Source: Cystobasidiomycetes sp. EMM_F5
Taxonomy: Eukaryota
NCBI GenBank assembly: GCA_051047955.1
Contig: JBPGPT010000021.1
Span: 248,001-312,000, forward strand
Length of the DNA: 64,000 nucleotides
Direction of reading: 5' to 3'
Every line of letters starts with the position of its first letter. Within the stretch, counting starts at the first letter, position 1. The notes under the pieces are model-generated. The model was not told where the DNA came from, searched no databases, and saw nothing but the letters and a program-made list of their open reading frames with translations. Positions 1 through 12,200 of the stretch are shown here, piece by piece. The position numbers and the translations under genes are program-made.

Positions 1-1654
1 TGAAGTCCGACAGTGTCGTTGTGTCTCCAGTCATAGCATCCTTCTCCAGCCAAGGTGCTAGTGAATCGAGTGCGGACGCCAACGGCAGAGCTGATGACGC
101 ATGCTTGTTTCCAGGCTGCGTTTCATTATTAAACCCGCCGTTGATCGATGTTGCGCTTACACGAGAAGATCGTCGTGTCAGCTCCGCCGATGTTTCTCTA
201 CCCCTCGCAGAAGGCACTTTGCGCTTTTTCGACGTCGATGATCCAGCTCTGGCGTTGTTGGCTCTTACGCCTTGCGCGTCAGAGAGATCGGAAAACAGTT
301 TCTCTTGCTGATACGCCCACCGTTCCAGGTCGTTTGCGTCAAAAGCATCAGGTGCACGTTGATAGCTATCAGTATAGTCGCGGCTAAAAGTTGCATCGTC
401 TCCATCGTCAAGAAGTTCCTCGTCGGTACCTTGAGAATCGTCGATAGGTTCGTTTCGCAGCAAGCCGTCAAATGATCCTGCAGACGCCATGGACAGCAGC
501 TCCCGTTGCGCTTCGCGTAGTCTTCGCATGTCGGCTGCATTTGACGTTGAGTTTTGCTTTGCTGGTTGAACATCAATGGGCGGATCTAGCGGTAAAGGAC
601 ATGACGCCCAAGAGGCAAGCTTCGCCAACTCGTCCAGAGCAGGATCGTTGACGAGCGGTAGACTCGCAAGTGCCGCTTGAGCAGAACCTTTGGCGGGAAC
701 GTTTGAGCGAACGGAATTTGTCGAAGCCGGTGTATATAAGCCCATTCCGGACAAACAGGCTACTAGGCCAGCCGCTCCAAACAAGCTTTGCCCTACAGCT
801 ACGCCTTTAACGAGTCGTTCTATGTCGGACAGGCTTAACATTCCGTCTTCAGTCGATACTTGCCGCGGAAGCTCTGTGCCGTCTGATGATTGCGCAAGTG
901 AGCCCGAAAGCGGCGCATCATGGGCGATTGGATGGTTCGGAGACACCTTCTCTCTGTCTCGTTTACCAGGATCAATGTACTTCTTCTCGAGCGGCATCTT
1001 GATGATGCGAGCCGTCGTTTCAACCGGCAGAGCCGCGACGTCTTCGTCCGCTTCATCGGGGTAGTCGCTGTCCAGCAAAGTTTTCTCCCCGGCGTGGGCA
1101 TGCTGATCTTCATCGGAAGACGCAGTGCGACTGTCGACAGTGGCAGGTGTCGAGTACACGGGCGTATACGACTCTGGGTCGTACAGGGTGGCCTGGCCCG
1201 TGCCGGTGGACGACGTGATTGACGATGCATCTCCACCCTGTGCGACGCTCAGAGCAGGGACGCCTGACTGCTCCAGCTCGGGCGAGGCAGCTTTGCTACC
1301 AGCTTGCACATTCTCGCCGTCCTGAAACAGGTAGATTCGCCTCCGCTTAGGCAGAGGTCGCAGTAATCGCGGAAGAGCGAGGTCAGTCATTGCAGGCGGG
1401 GTCGGGGCAGCTTCGCGGTCTTGTCCGGACGAGACAGTATCATGGGAGAGGGACTTTAGCAGAGATCCAGAGCTGGGCTGGGGACCATTGGCCATTGAGG
1501 TCGTTCGAGCCAGCTGATCAGAGCTTTGACCAGCGGTTGCTACAGAAGTAGCAGTCGCAGCGGGCTGGGCGTCCTCAGGCTTGTCGACATGCTGAGAAGT
1601 ATTCGGAGACTGCTGGGATCGCGCTGCGCTTGCCTTGCGTAGCGCCGCCAGCAT
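1..1654 (-). CDS. Hypothetical low-complexity, probably nuclear protein; 3' end runs off the window
   Basis: ATG at 1654 (MLAALRKASAARSQ...) and a frame read open to the window edge, so it is absent from the ORF track. Basic NLS-like motifs LPRLLRPLPKRRR and STSKKRKVP. Confidence 0.7.
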   Translation of the reverse strand, partial: MLAALRKASAARSQQSPNTSQHVDKPEDAQPAATATSVATAGQSSDQLARTTSMANGPQPSSGSLLKSLSHDTVSSGQDREAAPTPPAMTDLALPRLLRPLPKRRRIYLFQDGENVQAGSKAASPELEQSGVPALSVAQGGDASSITSSTGTGQATLYDPESYTPVYSTPATVDSRTASSDEDQHAHAGEKTLLDSDYPDEADEDVAALPVETTARIIKMPLEKKYIDPGKRDREKVSPNHPIAHDAPLSGSLAQSSDGTELPRQVSTEDGMLSLSDIERLVKGVAVGQSLFGAAGLVACLSGMGLYTPASTNSVRSNVPAKGSAQAALASLPLVNDPALDELAKLASWASCPLPLDPPIDVQPAKQNSTSNAADMRRLREAQRELLSMASAGSFDGLLRNEPIDDSQGTDEELLDDGDDATFSRDYTDSYQRAPDAFDANDLERWAYQQEKLFSDLSDAQGVRANNARAGSSTSKKRKVPSARGRETSAELTRRSSRVSATSINGGFNNETQPGNKHASSALPLASALDSLAPWLEKDAMTGDTTTLSDF

Positions 1655-1939
1655 CGAGTTTGCCGCTCAAATTGTGTCTCTGTAGAGATGCGAGGATGAC
1701 GAGGACCCACTTCAAAGTCAAGATAATTGCGACCAACTCAGATTGTAGTCTTTGAAGGCTACTCGCACAATACTATGATACATTGCATCGTTTGCGACCG
1801 AATTGGCATGCTACTGTACTTTCGAATTCTGCTGCGATGCTGCTTACCAAAAGTTCGGTAGAACGGGCACACGAAATGCCGCTATACACTTATCAAGATG
1901 CTTTGCGAGTGCAACTGCAAGGCTCTGCAAACGTCGCCA

Positions 1940-4319
1940 TCATAGATCGATTTCCATGTCGCGGTCACCAGTAATAGAAGAGGTAGTGCTCCGCTCGACA
2001 CTGGTCCTCGAAGCTTTACGTCGTTGATGCATTTCCGCATCTTCGTCCGTGGCAGCAGTGTCGTCTCGTCGTCTGATGCCAGTGCTGTGCGAAGATATAC
2101 CGTCTGCTCCTGCTTTGCTGTTGTGCGTACGATATCGAGTAGAGCCTTCTAAACCAGCCAAAGACAGCGAGCCACGTTGCCCGTTGGCTGACATTGCTTG
2201 TTGACGCTGTAACCCAACGATCCGTAGTCGCTCTACCCAACTGATTTTGTACAAAAAAGGAGCAGAATTTCAGCCTTCTCCGCAATTTAGGCGGGACGAA
2301 GATGGACATGTTGCACTTACGCATCAGCGCGGTCCACACTGTCGTTGAAGATGTTCAAGACACTTCGGAGCATATCCAGACTATCAACTGCAAAGGTCAG
2401 AGTACGTTCGGCTGCCGCTTGCGTCCCACTGGGTCGATGAGGCGCCTGCGCCAGCGTAGACGCGTTCAAGTCTGCATTCGTTCCACTCCCGCTTACGGCT
2501 TGCGTCATCTCGGTGCTATCACTCGTCACCGGGACCTGCACGGTCGCTGCCCATCTTTCAGGCAAGGACAGTATACTATTCCTAACGTATCTTTTCGCTT
2601 GCTCCGGTAGAGCAGCTCCAGCATAAGTCGAGACTACGTTGACCACTTTTCGAATAGTTTCCAAGACATCCCGCTTGATGCCATCGAGAATATTGGCAGC
2701 TCTCGCGTCTTCGCTCGTAAGGAGAGCATTGGGAATCAGCACAGACTGTCCGTCGTCCATCTCGGCCAGCGCTTCCGACGATAGAGCCGAAGTTCCTCCA
2801 GCTGCAAGTGATTTCCGCCTGACTGCGCTCAGGGACAGGATGAAATCGCGCAGGATGCCAACCTGGTGATCCAGGTGCGCCGTTGCGTAATGCAGCCAAT
2901 GTAAACAGTACTTTAGACTCTTCATACTCTCTTCTGACACTGCCGCACTGATTCCACCGGCAGTCACACCGGCTTCGATGACTAGATTCTGCCAGCGGGA
3001 CCTGGCTGCCGCTGAAGATCGCACAATTTGTTGCTGCGACGGCGGTGGCATGCCATTCATGTCGTAGCGATCGGGATCCATACCAGACGCGTCTGATATA
3101 TGTGAAGACAAAGACATTGCATCGTTGATCGTGGTACTGGACTCGCACTCGGATGCGCGACCTTTGCCATGCGATCTGTGTTGGTAGTAGGTTTCTGGGT
3201 AAGGAAAGTAGGAGGGGTCTGAAGGCTCATCTTTGGCTGATACAGCGGCAGCTTCGCTTGTGTGGATTGGTGTGTGCTGATTGCTGTCCATATGAGGAGA
3301 AGGTTTGGGTGAGTTGCTCGACCGTGGCCCGAACTGTAGAATGATAGTGAATGTTCAGTTGACGAGCAAAGACATTGGAGTCATATACCAACCCTATCCA
3401 GCTGTCGACAGGCAAAGTCGTCCAGTTGTCCGGCCAGGTTCGGCCCAACTACGCGGTTAATCACAGGTTTTGAGATAGTCTTGACAGACGTTTCCACGAG
3501 ACCAGCGCCATACTAGATACACAAAATCTAGTCAACAGATGTCATCAGGGATCTTCAAGCCTTACATACCTTTACTACCCTAGAGGAATTTCTGCCTCGC
3601 TCGTAGACTTTGAGTGCGCCGCTCACGATGGGTAGTTGCGACACTCGGCCAATAAAGCCTTCGTCGCTAGCGAGAGGCGTAACAGCAGGACTGCTTTCCT
3701 CTGCATTCTCGCTAAACAGCGCTGGGTGACCGTCGTGGCTGCCAATACTGATCATGCTGGCAGTTTCTCCGGGCGTATCGATACCTGGTCTTCGCTTGTC
3801 GTGATGAACAAAGACGCTATAAGGCGGTCTATCGGAGGCACGAGACTGCGCTGCCGACGACGTCGCTGTCGTTCTGCCATGTGATTCTGCGCCTGCTTCG
3901 CCAAATGTGAACCTGGGCGACGATGGAGACGAGGCGCTACTGGCGTCCGTACTACCTGCCAGAGTATGCACCGAGGGCGTATGGGAGGGGGGACTGAATA
4001 TCGCACCCGACGCAGAAGACGCAGACGCAGACGTCGCCGAACTCGATGACATCCAGCCCGTCCCGCTGCCGTTTGCATAGTGTGGATAGGGTATGGCTTT
4101 GGAAGTCGAGGGCTGTCGCACATATCTTGCTCCAAGCTCGAGACTGCTCTGGCCAGCTGTTGCCCGTTCTTGCTCGACGATCACGCTGGACTCGGGGAGC
4201 TGCAGCCCGTTTGGCCGACGAATGCTCGCAGCAGTCTTCGACGACGAGGCATCGTTGGCAGTTCTCAGACTGTCCAGCGCAGCAATAGCCAGCATCACAT
4301 CGTCTTCTGGCTCTTCCAT
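1940..4319 (-). CDS. OPI1: Opi1-family transcription factor (4 exons)
   Basis: Spliced product contains FIGRVSQLPIV...VVK|YGAGLVETSVK...LDDFACRQLDR, SEESMKSLKYCLHWL, IRKVVNVVSTYAGAALPEQAKRYVR and DSVDRADA|WVERL. Confidence 0.88.
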
Positions 4320-4491
4320 CCTGAAGTCAGGATTGGCCGAACGGCAATCTCGCCTGAAACATGGGCGACAGGTCATTTCTGACTTCAATTAGCCGAAGTG
4401 ATGGCACAGTATCGCGAAGAAAGCATAGACAATCAGAACACCACTGACATGAAATTACAACAGTACTCCGCGATGACGCTCAATTAGCAGT

Positions 4492-6144
4492 CTAAATCTT
4501 CGCCAACATCGAAGCTTCGGCAAGGTCCCGCAAGAGCTGACCACGATTGCCGGCATTCTGATCCGCTTCCAGCTCGACGCGATGTCGCCGTCTAGCCTCC
4601 CTGACCTGTTCCAGTTCCCGCATTAGTTCTTCTTCGCGGCGTAGCGATAGCTCATCCTCCACTTCTTCCTCGAAAGATGCCGTCGACCCACTCATAGATG
4701 AAGCGCTATTGTGATCGTTTAGCCGCATCGCAGACGGAGATACATCTCCTTCCAAAGTATTCTTTGCAGTTTCTTTTGCACCATCGGAATCTATAGCCGG
4801 TGTATCAATGTCTTCGGCCGCCCTCCCACTGCCTTGGTACTTTGCAACGCGCTGTCGGATTCTCTCTAGCTGCAAGGGTCGCTTGGGAGGACTAGGCACG
4901 ACCTGCTCATCGCTCTGCTGTAGTGGTTTTTGCAAGCTTGCATGAAAGTCGGCAAGCTTTGCCTCATCATTGAGCGTTGTTGATTTGAGTTTCTTTGGGC
5001 GAGCAAATTGCGGACGTTCATACTCCATTTCACCATCAGCGCCCGCCAAAGTGCCTTTCCTCTTGGATCCAGCTCCTCCACGACGTGCACGAGCAACAAA
5101 GCCTTCAAACCCATCGTCTGGATGGTCGTCTTCGTAAGTCATGTAGCGACTGTACCGCTGAGGACGCTCATCCACGTCCCCGTGCGAGTATGCAACATGC
5201 TCGTCTCCCTCAGCGTGCGGATCACCTAGACCGTCACCACCTTTGAAGATGTGCGAATTGCCGTAATAGCCTGCTCCACGCTTGATCAGCTCTGGTCCCA
5301 ATTCGCGAGTCGCCCCGAATGGTAATATTGAGACTGCCAGGTACGTCGCTGAAAAGACAATCTATGCAACGGTAAATGAGGCTGTTTAGCAAGTTTCCCA
5401 CGTAACTCCGGCTAACAATTGACTCACTAGAAAAAGCAATACAGCTCGCTTAGGCGTGATGGCAGATGACGGAGGATGACCTTTCGAGTTGACGGGATTG
5501 TTGGCGCTCGCGACGAGCTTGTGAACATACTCGATGATGGCCAATGTGGACCTTCGCCTATGTCCGCGTTCTTTGCCTTCATAGTCACGGTGGTCATGAT
5601 CGTGACTGCCGGCGTACCCGCAGTATGGAGTGTACACATGCTGCGAGTCTGTACCCCATCTGACGCTTCTTGGAGGAGCATTAGCTCCATCATCGATGTT
5701 GTCTTCGCCGAGTAGCGGAGATGCTGGGATAGTAGACAGTGTTGCAGTAGTGCCATACGACGGAGGTGGCTGAGAGTATATGATGTGGGCGCCTGGATGA
5801 TATCGGACATTCATGCCGTCACCCGGGTCGCTCTTGTACGATTTGAGCGCACTAGGTCGTTTATAACCCGACATTGAGGGTGTCAGACCGTTCAGGGCCG
5901 CCGAACCTCGCCGAGAAGACGGAGCTGAGCTTGATGCATGCGCTGATGATGTCCCGCTGGCGTATGCCGCATCCTTTGCGTCGACACTGATGGCAAAACT
6001 GGAATAGGCCGAGGGAAACAATACGTCCTTGTCTCCGGCCGAAATCTCGGAGCCCGGCTGTAGAGGACCGGTGTCGCTGTTGGGGGACTTTTCTGAAATT
6101 GTCATTATTGGAGTGTATGCCGTGTCTGGACGGTTGCTTCCCAT
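4492..6144 (-). CDS. Hypothetical single-pass membrane protein (2 exons)
   Basis: ORFs 5386-6315 and 4492-5301 are joined by a GTGAGT...TTCAG intron (~5350-5427), which creates the hydrophobic segment AVLLFLATYLAVSILPF. First ATG at 6144. C-terminal coiled-coil-like E/R-rich stretch. Confidence 0.65.
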
Positions 6145-6938
6145 GTTTGGAGCCCCAGTACTCGTTCTCCGCTGCCTTACGGCGTCGCTGGTAGAAGAAG
6201 CCGTGATGGTGGTGCGTGTTGGCGCAGCCAAAGTGACTGTCACTTGTTTGTCAGAGTACCAGAATCGACTGCTGTGAGGTAGGTATCGGAAAGACTGATA
6301 ATTATCCAAATGCAACGGGAATGTAGGGAAATGAGCAGGACATGCAGGTTGAGCGTTTCAAGCAACAAAAAGAGTAACCCTGGAGGTTTCATTATCGACT
6401 CTCACTCAGTCTTTACTCGAATTAGCGTCGATTCACTACCTTTCTGTCAGTGGTCTCTCTGGCTCTATCCGCATTTGGCAGGGGCGGGTCAGGCTCCCAG
6501 ACTTGTACAGACGAGCTGAAGAGGAAGGAGTGGATAGCGAGGTCGAGGCAAGGATAGATGCTGTAGGAGGCATAACGAGAAGTGCTGTCCTGGCCTGCAT
6601 GCCGGGTCATGGTTGGGCAGCTCTCGCAACTTTATATGCTCTCAGCGCAGCCTTTTGACCAGCGGTGGATTGATATTCACCAGCGCTGCGGGTATACGCA
6701 GCATACGCAGCCAGACTGTTGTTCATTGTCGTTGCCCAAGTGGACCATATTGTTGGCCGTCTCGAGACCAAGTTTGCCCTCAGCGCTGCGCTCAGGCTGC
6801 CCGTTTGCCCATCACCCGACCACGATGACTGCACCATATGACCATCGACGCTGAGCTCAACATGACTTGCCATTGCTGCTCGTGCTGCTGGATACCATGA
6901 GTGCTCCTGCTGGCTGACCGTCAAGCTGCGTGGGCATC

Positions 6939-8903
6939 ATGCAACTATCGCCAAAGCAGTTCAGCGATGGTCTCGGTTGGCCATTCTTTGTATGTTTCTG
7001 TATCCTGACGCTGATGCAGTACATATCCTTTCAGGCGCCGCGTCAATCATATGCTGGCTGTTTGCTCAGTTTCCGCAATTGATAGCCAACTGGCGCAGCG
7101 CATCAGTCGAAGGACTCGCCCTGCCGTTCCTGCTGTCGTGGCTGCTCGGAGATATCACCAACCTCGCTGGGTGTATCCTTACCTTCCAGCTGCCCTTCCA
7201 GACCTACCTCGCAGCATACTTTGTCTTCATCGACCTCGCTCTGACGTTGCAGTATCTGTACTACTCTCGGCAGAAGACAGAGCACGCCAAACTCACGCGG
7301 TCGCATACGCGCCATCAACAGCGAGCTGCCATTCTCCCGCATCAGTATGATCACCATGCCATTTCACCGTCAATATCCGCCAGTACCATCATGCCTCCAC
7401 GGAGTCAGTCACATTCACGTCCATCCACGTGGAGAACGTCTCAGAAGCGTCACAGTACCGACTCGCATCTTCCTTCAACGCTGGCGGAAGCCAATATGAC
7501 GGCTTCCTATATGACTGACACCTCGCGTAGTAAGCGGCGGCGGAGAGAGCACTTTCATCGCTCTGCTTCTTCGCGATCTCGACGCACCGAAGCGTCTGCC
7601 ATCGCGGATACGATTCCCCCTCTTGACGCCATGCCCGAGGACGAAGCAGTGGAGCACTTTCCGTCTCCCCGCCTGTCGGCAGACTATTCAAACAGGTCTG
7701 CCGACAGTGTGCCCACCAATATGGTCGACTCTGTACAGTCCGTATTATCGCATGCTTCCACTGCAAGCGCACAGTCGTCATCTACTCTCCCTCGAGGCAG
7801 GCGGAAAGAGGCACACTTGACCCGCTCGGCTCCCTTGCCCCCACTGCCAGGCACACCTCAACTGCGGGAGTCCGCTGGTCCAGAAATGCGCCAGTCGGCC
7901 TTTTCGCGCGATCGTGGGCCAAGTCGTAGTCGACACTCTACAAGTCGCGCACGTAATGCAGTCTTTCTCAGTATATGGGTCTTTTTCAGTTTCAATCATC
8001 TCAGCAGTTACAGGAGCAGCAGCATCACATCGCCTTCATTGTCCACACCTACGTCACAGCAAGCTCTAGCCTGGTCTGCATGGACGCCTTCCGGGCAATA
8101 CTCACATACCGCCCCAATAGACGCTTCCGCAACTCTGTACAAACGAACCGTAGATCTGCAGTCTTCCCCACTTCCCGATATACCGCAAACACCAACAGTC
8201 AATATCAGACGACTCATCGGTCGGCTCAGCGCATGGATATGCGTAGTCTTCTATTTAACCTCTCGCATGCCACAGATCTGGAAGAATTTCCGACGGCGAT
8301 CCGTCGAAGGCTTGTCAATGCTCTTGTTCATCGCAGCATTCCACGGCAATCTTTTCTATGTTGGTTCCATTCTCACCTCTCCACTGGTGCAGGAAGAGGA
8401 AGGTGCGCTATTGAAGCCTAAGTATTTGATTGTAACTAATATAGCTAATCAACCCGACTTTGCCAGGCTACATTCTTGAAAGTATCCCTTTTCTCATCGG
8501 TAGCGGAGGTACTCTAGTCTTCGATCTTATAATCCTCTTTCAATCGTGGCTGTATTCTGGCAGGAAGGGCTTCACGGGCAGGCACTCGCGCATTCTACAT
8601 GCAGCGAGCGGAGTCCGCGACCTAGGCGACGAGGAAGAAGCTGCAGCCCTGCTCAGTAACGATGTAGATCTTCATAATGTGGAAGACGATAGCACTCCCA
8701 CTGGCGGCCATTCACGGAATCGCAGCAGAAGTCTCTCAAGTAGGAGAGCAGGAAGCACAACAAGACTTTGGAAAGGAGGTCAGGTCTTGAGTCACAGTAC
8801 AGAATTGCAAAGATCGCCAAGCAGAACACGCTTCATACTCTCCGCTGAAGCCGGTACTGTGAATCCAAACGGGGTTGAGTCGAATAACGATTATCAGAGA
8901 TGA
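6939..8903 (+). CDS. PQ-loop vacuolar amino-acid transporter (Ypq/PQLC2-like)
   Basis: Two PQ motifs (WLFAQFPQLIANW..SVEGL; YLTSRMPQIWKNF..SVEGLS) separated by a long S/R-rich loop. Final TM ESIPFLIGSGGTLVFD. Start inferred at ATG 6939 with a first intron. Confidence 0.88.
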
Positions 8904-9145
8904 AGGTGCACATGCTGGGAACTTGTTGTTGTGAGCATAAGTAGGGTTTGATCAAGCCAGTCATCATGGACAATGTTGAAGATGGGCTTTATGAGCATTT
9001 GAAATTGAGCAACAACGAGCTAACAACGAGCCAAGCCTGTAGTCTATGCTACGAGAAACACAGCACGGAAAGATCTGACCCACGAAAGATGTTCTCAAAG
9101 TAGCAGCTGTGTCTTCGGAATGCGGCTAGTGTCTTCAGCCCAGGA

Positions 9146-9180
9146 TTAAGCATTTAAGCATTTAAGATAACTGATAACTT
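9146..9180. repeat. Short AT-rich tandem repeats in a convergent 3'-end region
   Basis: TTAAGCAT repeated ~2.6 times, then GATAACT twice. AACAACGAGC also occurs twice at ~9011-9031. Confidence 0.5.
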
Positions 9181-9276
9181 GAAAGTGAAGGTCGAAACAA
9201 CGACGACCAGAAGGGAGGAGTCGAGGAGTTCGTACCAAAAGCTAATGGCCGGAAGTATTGTGTCTTAAAAAGATAG

Positions 9277-12200
9277 TCAGGCTTCGTCTACGTCCATGTT
9301 TGCTGGAGTTGACGACACGCGGTGTCTGCGAGGAGAATGCCAAGCATGGCGGACCTCGGCAAAGATGTCCGGCATGAAGTTTTCCGCTTCTTGCAGGACT
9401 GCGCCCATAGCACGAGCAATGTCGCCCGACAGCATGGCTTCGTCGCCCAGCTCTGCACGTATTCCTTTCTCACGAAGATCTTGGACTTTAGCCACTACTG
9501 GATGAGCCTGCAGTTCTTCGATTGTGGTCCGCTTGCTCGGATCAGATTCGAGGAGCTGCACGATGATGTGTACAAACTCATCGGACAGACCGCCAACATT
9601 GACATCCGACAGGTCGTTTTCGCGAAGTTTGCGCCATGGCAGTCCGTTGTCTGGGATGACTACGTTCGCTGCGACTTCCAGCATGACCATGCCGAGTCTG
9701 GGAAAGAGAAAAATTTAGTATGAAACAATCCACAGTATGAAATGACTAGACTTACGAGAACATATCTGCTTCTGGACCGTATTTGCCAGACAGAATTTCT
9801 GGTGCGATGTATTCGCGATCGCCTTCACGTTCCAAGTCGCTGCATCCGCGGATTGGAGACTTTGTCTTTGTACGGGCTTTATCGGATGGCCATACATCGT
9901 TGCTCGGACTGTCGAGTCCGGCACCCTGCAGGATTGTGATGGCACTGGCTCGCGGCCAGCGGGTTGCAAGGCCAAAGTCGCCTATCTTCAGTCCACCAGA
10001 AGCGGTAATGAAGATATTGGCTGGCTTAAGGTCGAGATGCAGGACACCGTTTCGGTGTATGTGTGCTATGCCGTTCGACAATTCGGCCAGAATCTTCCAC
10101 ATTCTGGCTTCACCGAGAGCTTCATCGGTAGCATTAAGAGCTTCTAAAAAGATTGCCAGATTGCCGTGGGTGCACAATTCGGTCTGTATGAAAAGGTTGC
10201 CAGACTGCTCCCAAGCATCCATAAATTGCAGAATGTACGGAGATGTAGGTACTGTTTCTGAGAGGAGGCGGAGAATATCGACTTCTTCAAGGCGACGTAA
10301 ACGATCCTTTGGTCCGCCGAAAGGCACCTTTGTCTTTTTAACCGCCGATACCTGACCGTTCTCCCGATTGTGCACCTCGTACGCCTCGCTGAATTCACCT
10401 TGTCCGACAATTCGAACGAGTTCGAAAGATGTTGAGAAACGATCGGGCGAAGCTAGTTCTGTCTGCCTTACGGTCTGTATGACAGATGAGGAATGGCGCA
10501 TTCGCATGACTGGCCGTTGAGGCGGCTTGATGTGCGCCAGGGGAGCGCGGGGAGCAGTAGCAGCTTGACCTCGATCTTGCGCGGTCAATCTCTGCGCAAG
10601 GCTAGGCGCCTGCTGGTAAAGGGGGGACGTGGGGGATACCATGGGCGCATCCGCGCAGTAATCTGGACTTTGCACAGAATGGGCAGAATATTGCGGCGAG
10701 ATTGCAAGCTGCGGCACTGCAGAATCAGGCGTTAGCGCTTGAACGTTGTTCCATCCATAAGCTTAACCTACCACTGAGCATACTCTGACCACCAGCAGCT
10801 CGGGTAGGTGTCATTGGCTCCCAATCGTGGACGCCATACCGAATACTTCCTCCGCTTCTGTCCGTTGTGATAGCGCCGTCCGCGCCGGTCCGCAACTGCC
10901 CGCTGCTACGTCTACGGAACAGCGCAGGAATGCCAATTCTCTGCAACTGGACTGGTGGGACTCGCTTCGTGACCCTGCCGGCCGCACTTAGTAAGGCTCC
11001 TCTCATCGAGCCAAGTGGAGATCCGTTCGAAGACGGGCTAACAGACGAGTCAGCAGCACCTAGACCGCTGTGACTGTGATTCTCAGGTCGGCCAGTTGGA
11101 CTGACTGAATGAGATGATGCGAGTGTTTCGGCAGATGCATTGCCAAAAATGGCTTTAGGAGACGGCGACTGCGAGTAGGGCGTCGGGCTCGCGCGGATTG
11201 GCTTGACAGCAGAGCCCGGCATGCTGTTGATGACGCTTGAGTCATCGCTGGTCGCTGATGCGAATGAGATCGTCCTTAGGTTAATTGGTTTAGATGATTG
11301 TGCTAGGGGATGTAACTGGTGCTGCGCAGAAGTCGACGTCTGCGTTCTCGTTCTGTCCTTGGTAGCAACGGTACCTCTGCGAATGGGGTTGAAGATATTC
11401 TTCTTGCATGGTGTATCAGGTGGCATTAAAGAGTCTCCGCCGACTGCAGCCTTAGTTGAGATTGCCATTGGTGAAGCCGCCTGCAATTCGGCAGTGACGA
11501 CTGGCGATCCAAAGAAGCTCGATACATTCCTGCGAGAAGGCGTGCCGATGTCGTTTGGAGTGTACTGCCCAAAGCTACTGTTGGCAAGCGAAAGATTGCT
11601 AGCCGATGTAGAATTGAAGCTTGTATTGGCAGACGAAGTTCCAGCCATAGCAGAGCCGCCCAGGAATCGCTTCCAAACGGGCGGGGTGACTCCCACTCCT
11701 GAGTCATTGTGCGCGACACGATTGTGGCGATTCTTCTTGCTAATCAAACCAGAATTGACAAACGCTGCTTGAAGAGGCTTGATGTTGCGAAATTGAGGAG
11801 ATGACCTTTTCGTCTTGTCCGACGCATTGCCAGCGGTTTTAGTGTCGATATGCAGCGCCTTTGCGGCTGCTTTAGCAGGGGACGGTACAGCACCTGGCTC
11901 GACACCACCCGCTGCAAACAAGCGTCTTGCAGAGGACGACGTTCGTCGAATATGACCCGTATGAGGTTTGAGAGGATGTCGTGCAGAGATGGTACCAAAG
12001 TCGCTTGAAGAGGCTGCAGAGCCGAAAGAGGCGTCTGCACCAGCTTCTCCATGGATTACCATTGCAGCGTGATTTATCTCTGCATTGAGATCGGGAAATT
12101 CGACAACTATATCATCATCGCAGTCAGTCTCCTTGGCCATATCTTGGTCGGCGATGATAATGGGATGCTGTTGGAGACGGGAATTTCGACTGCTGGCCAA

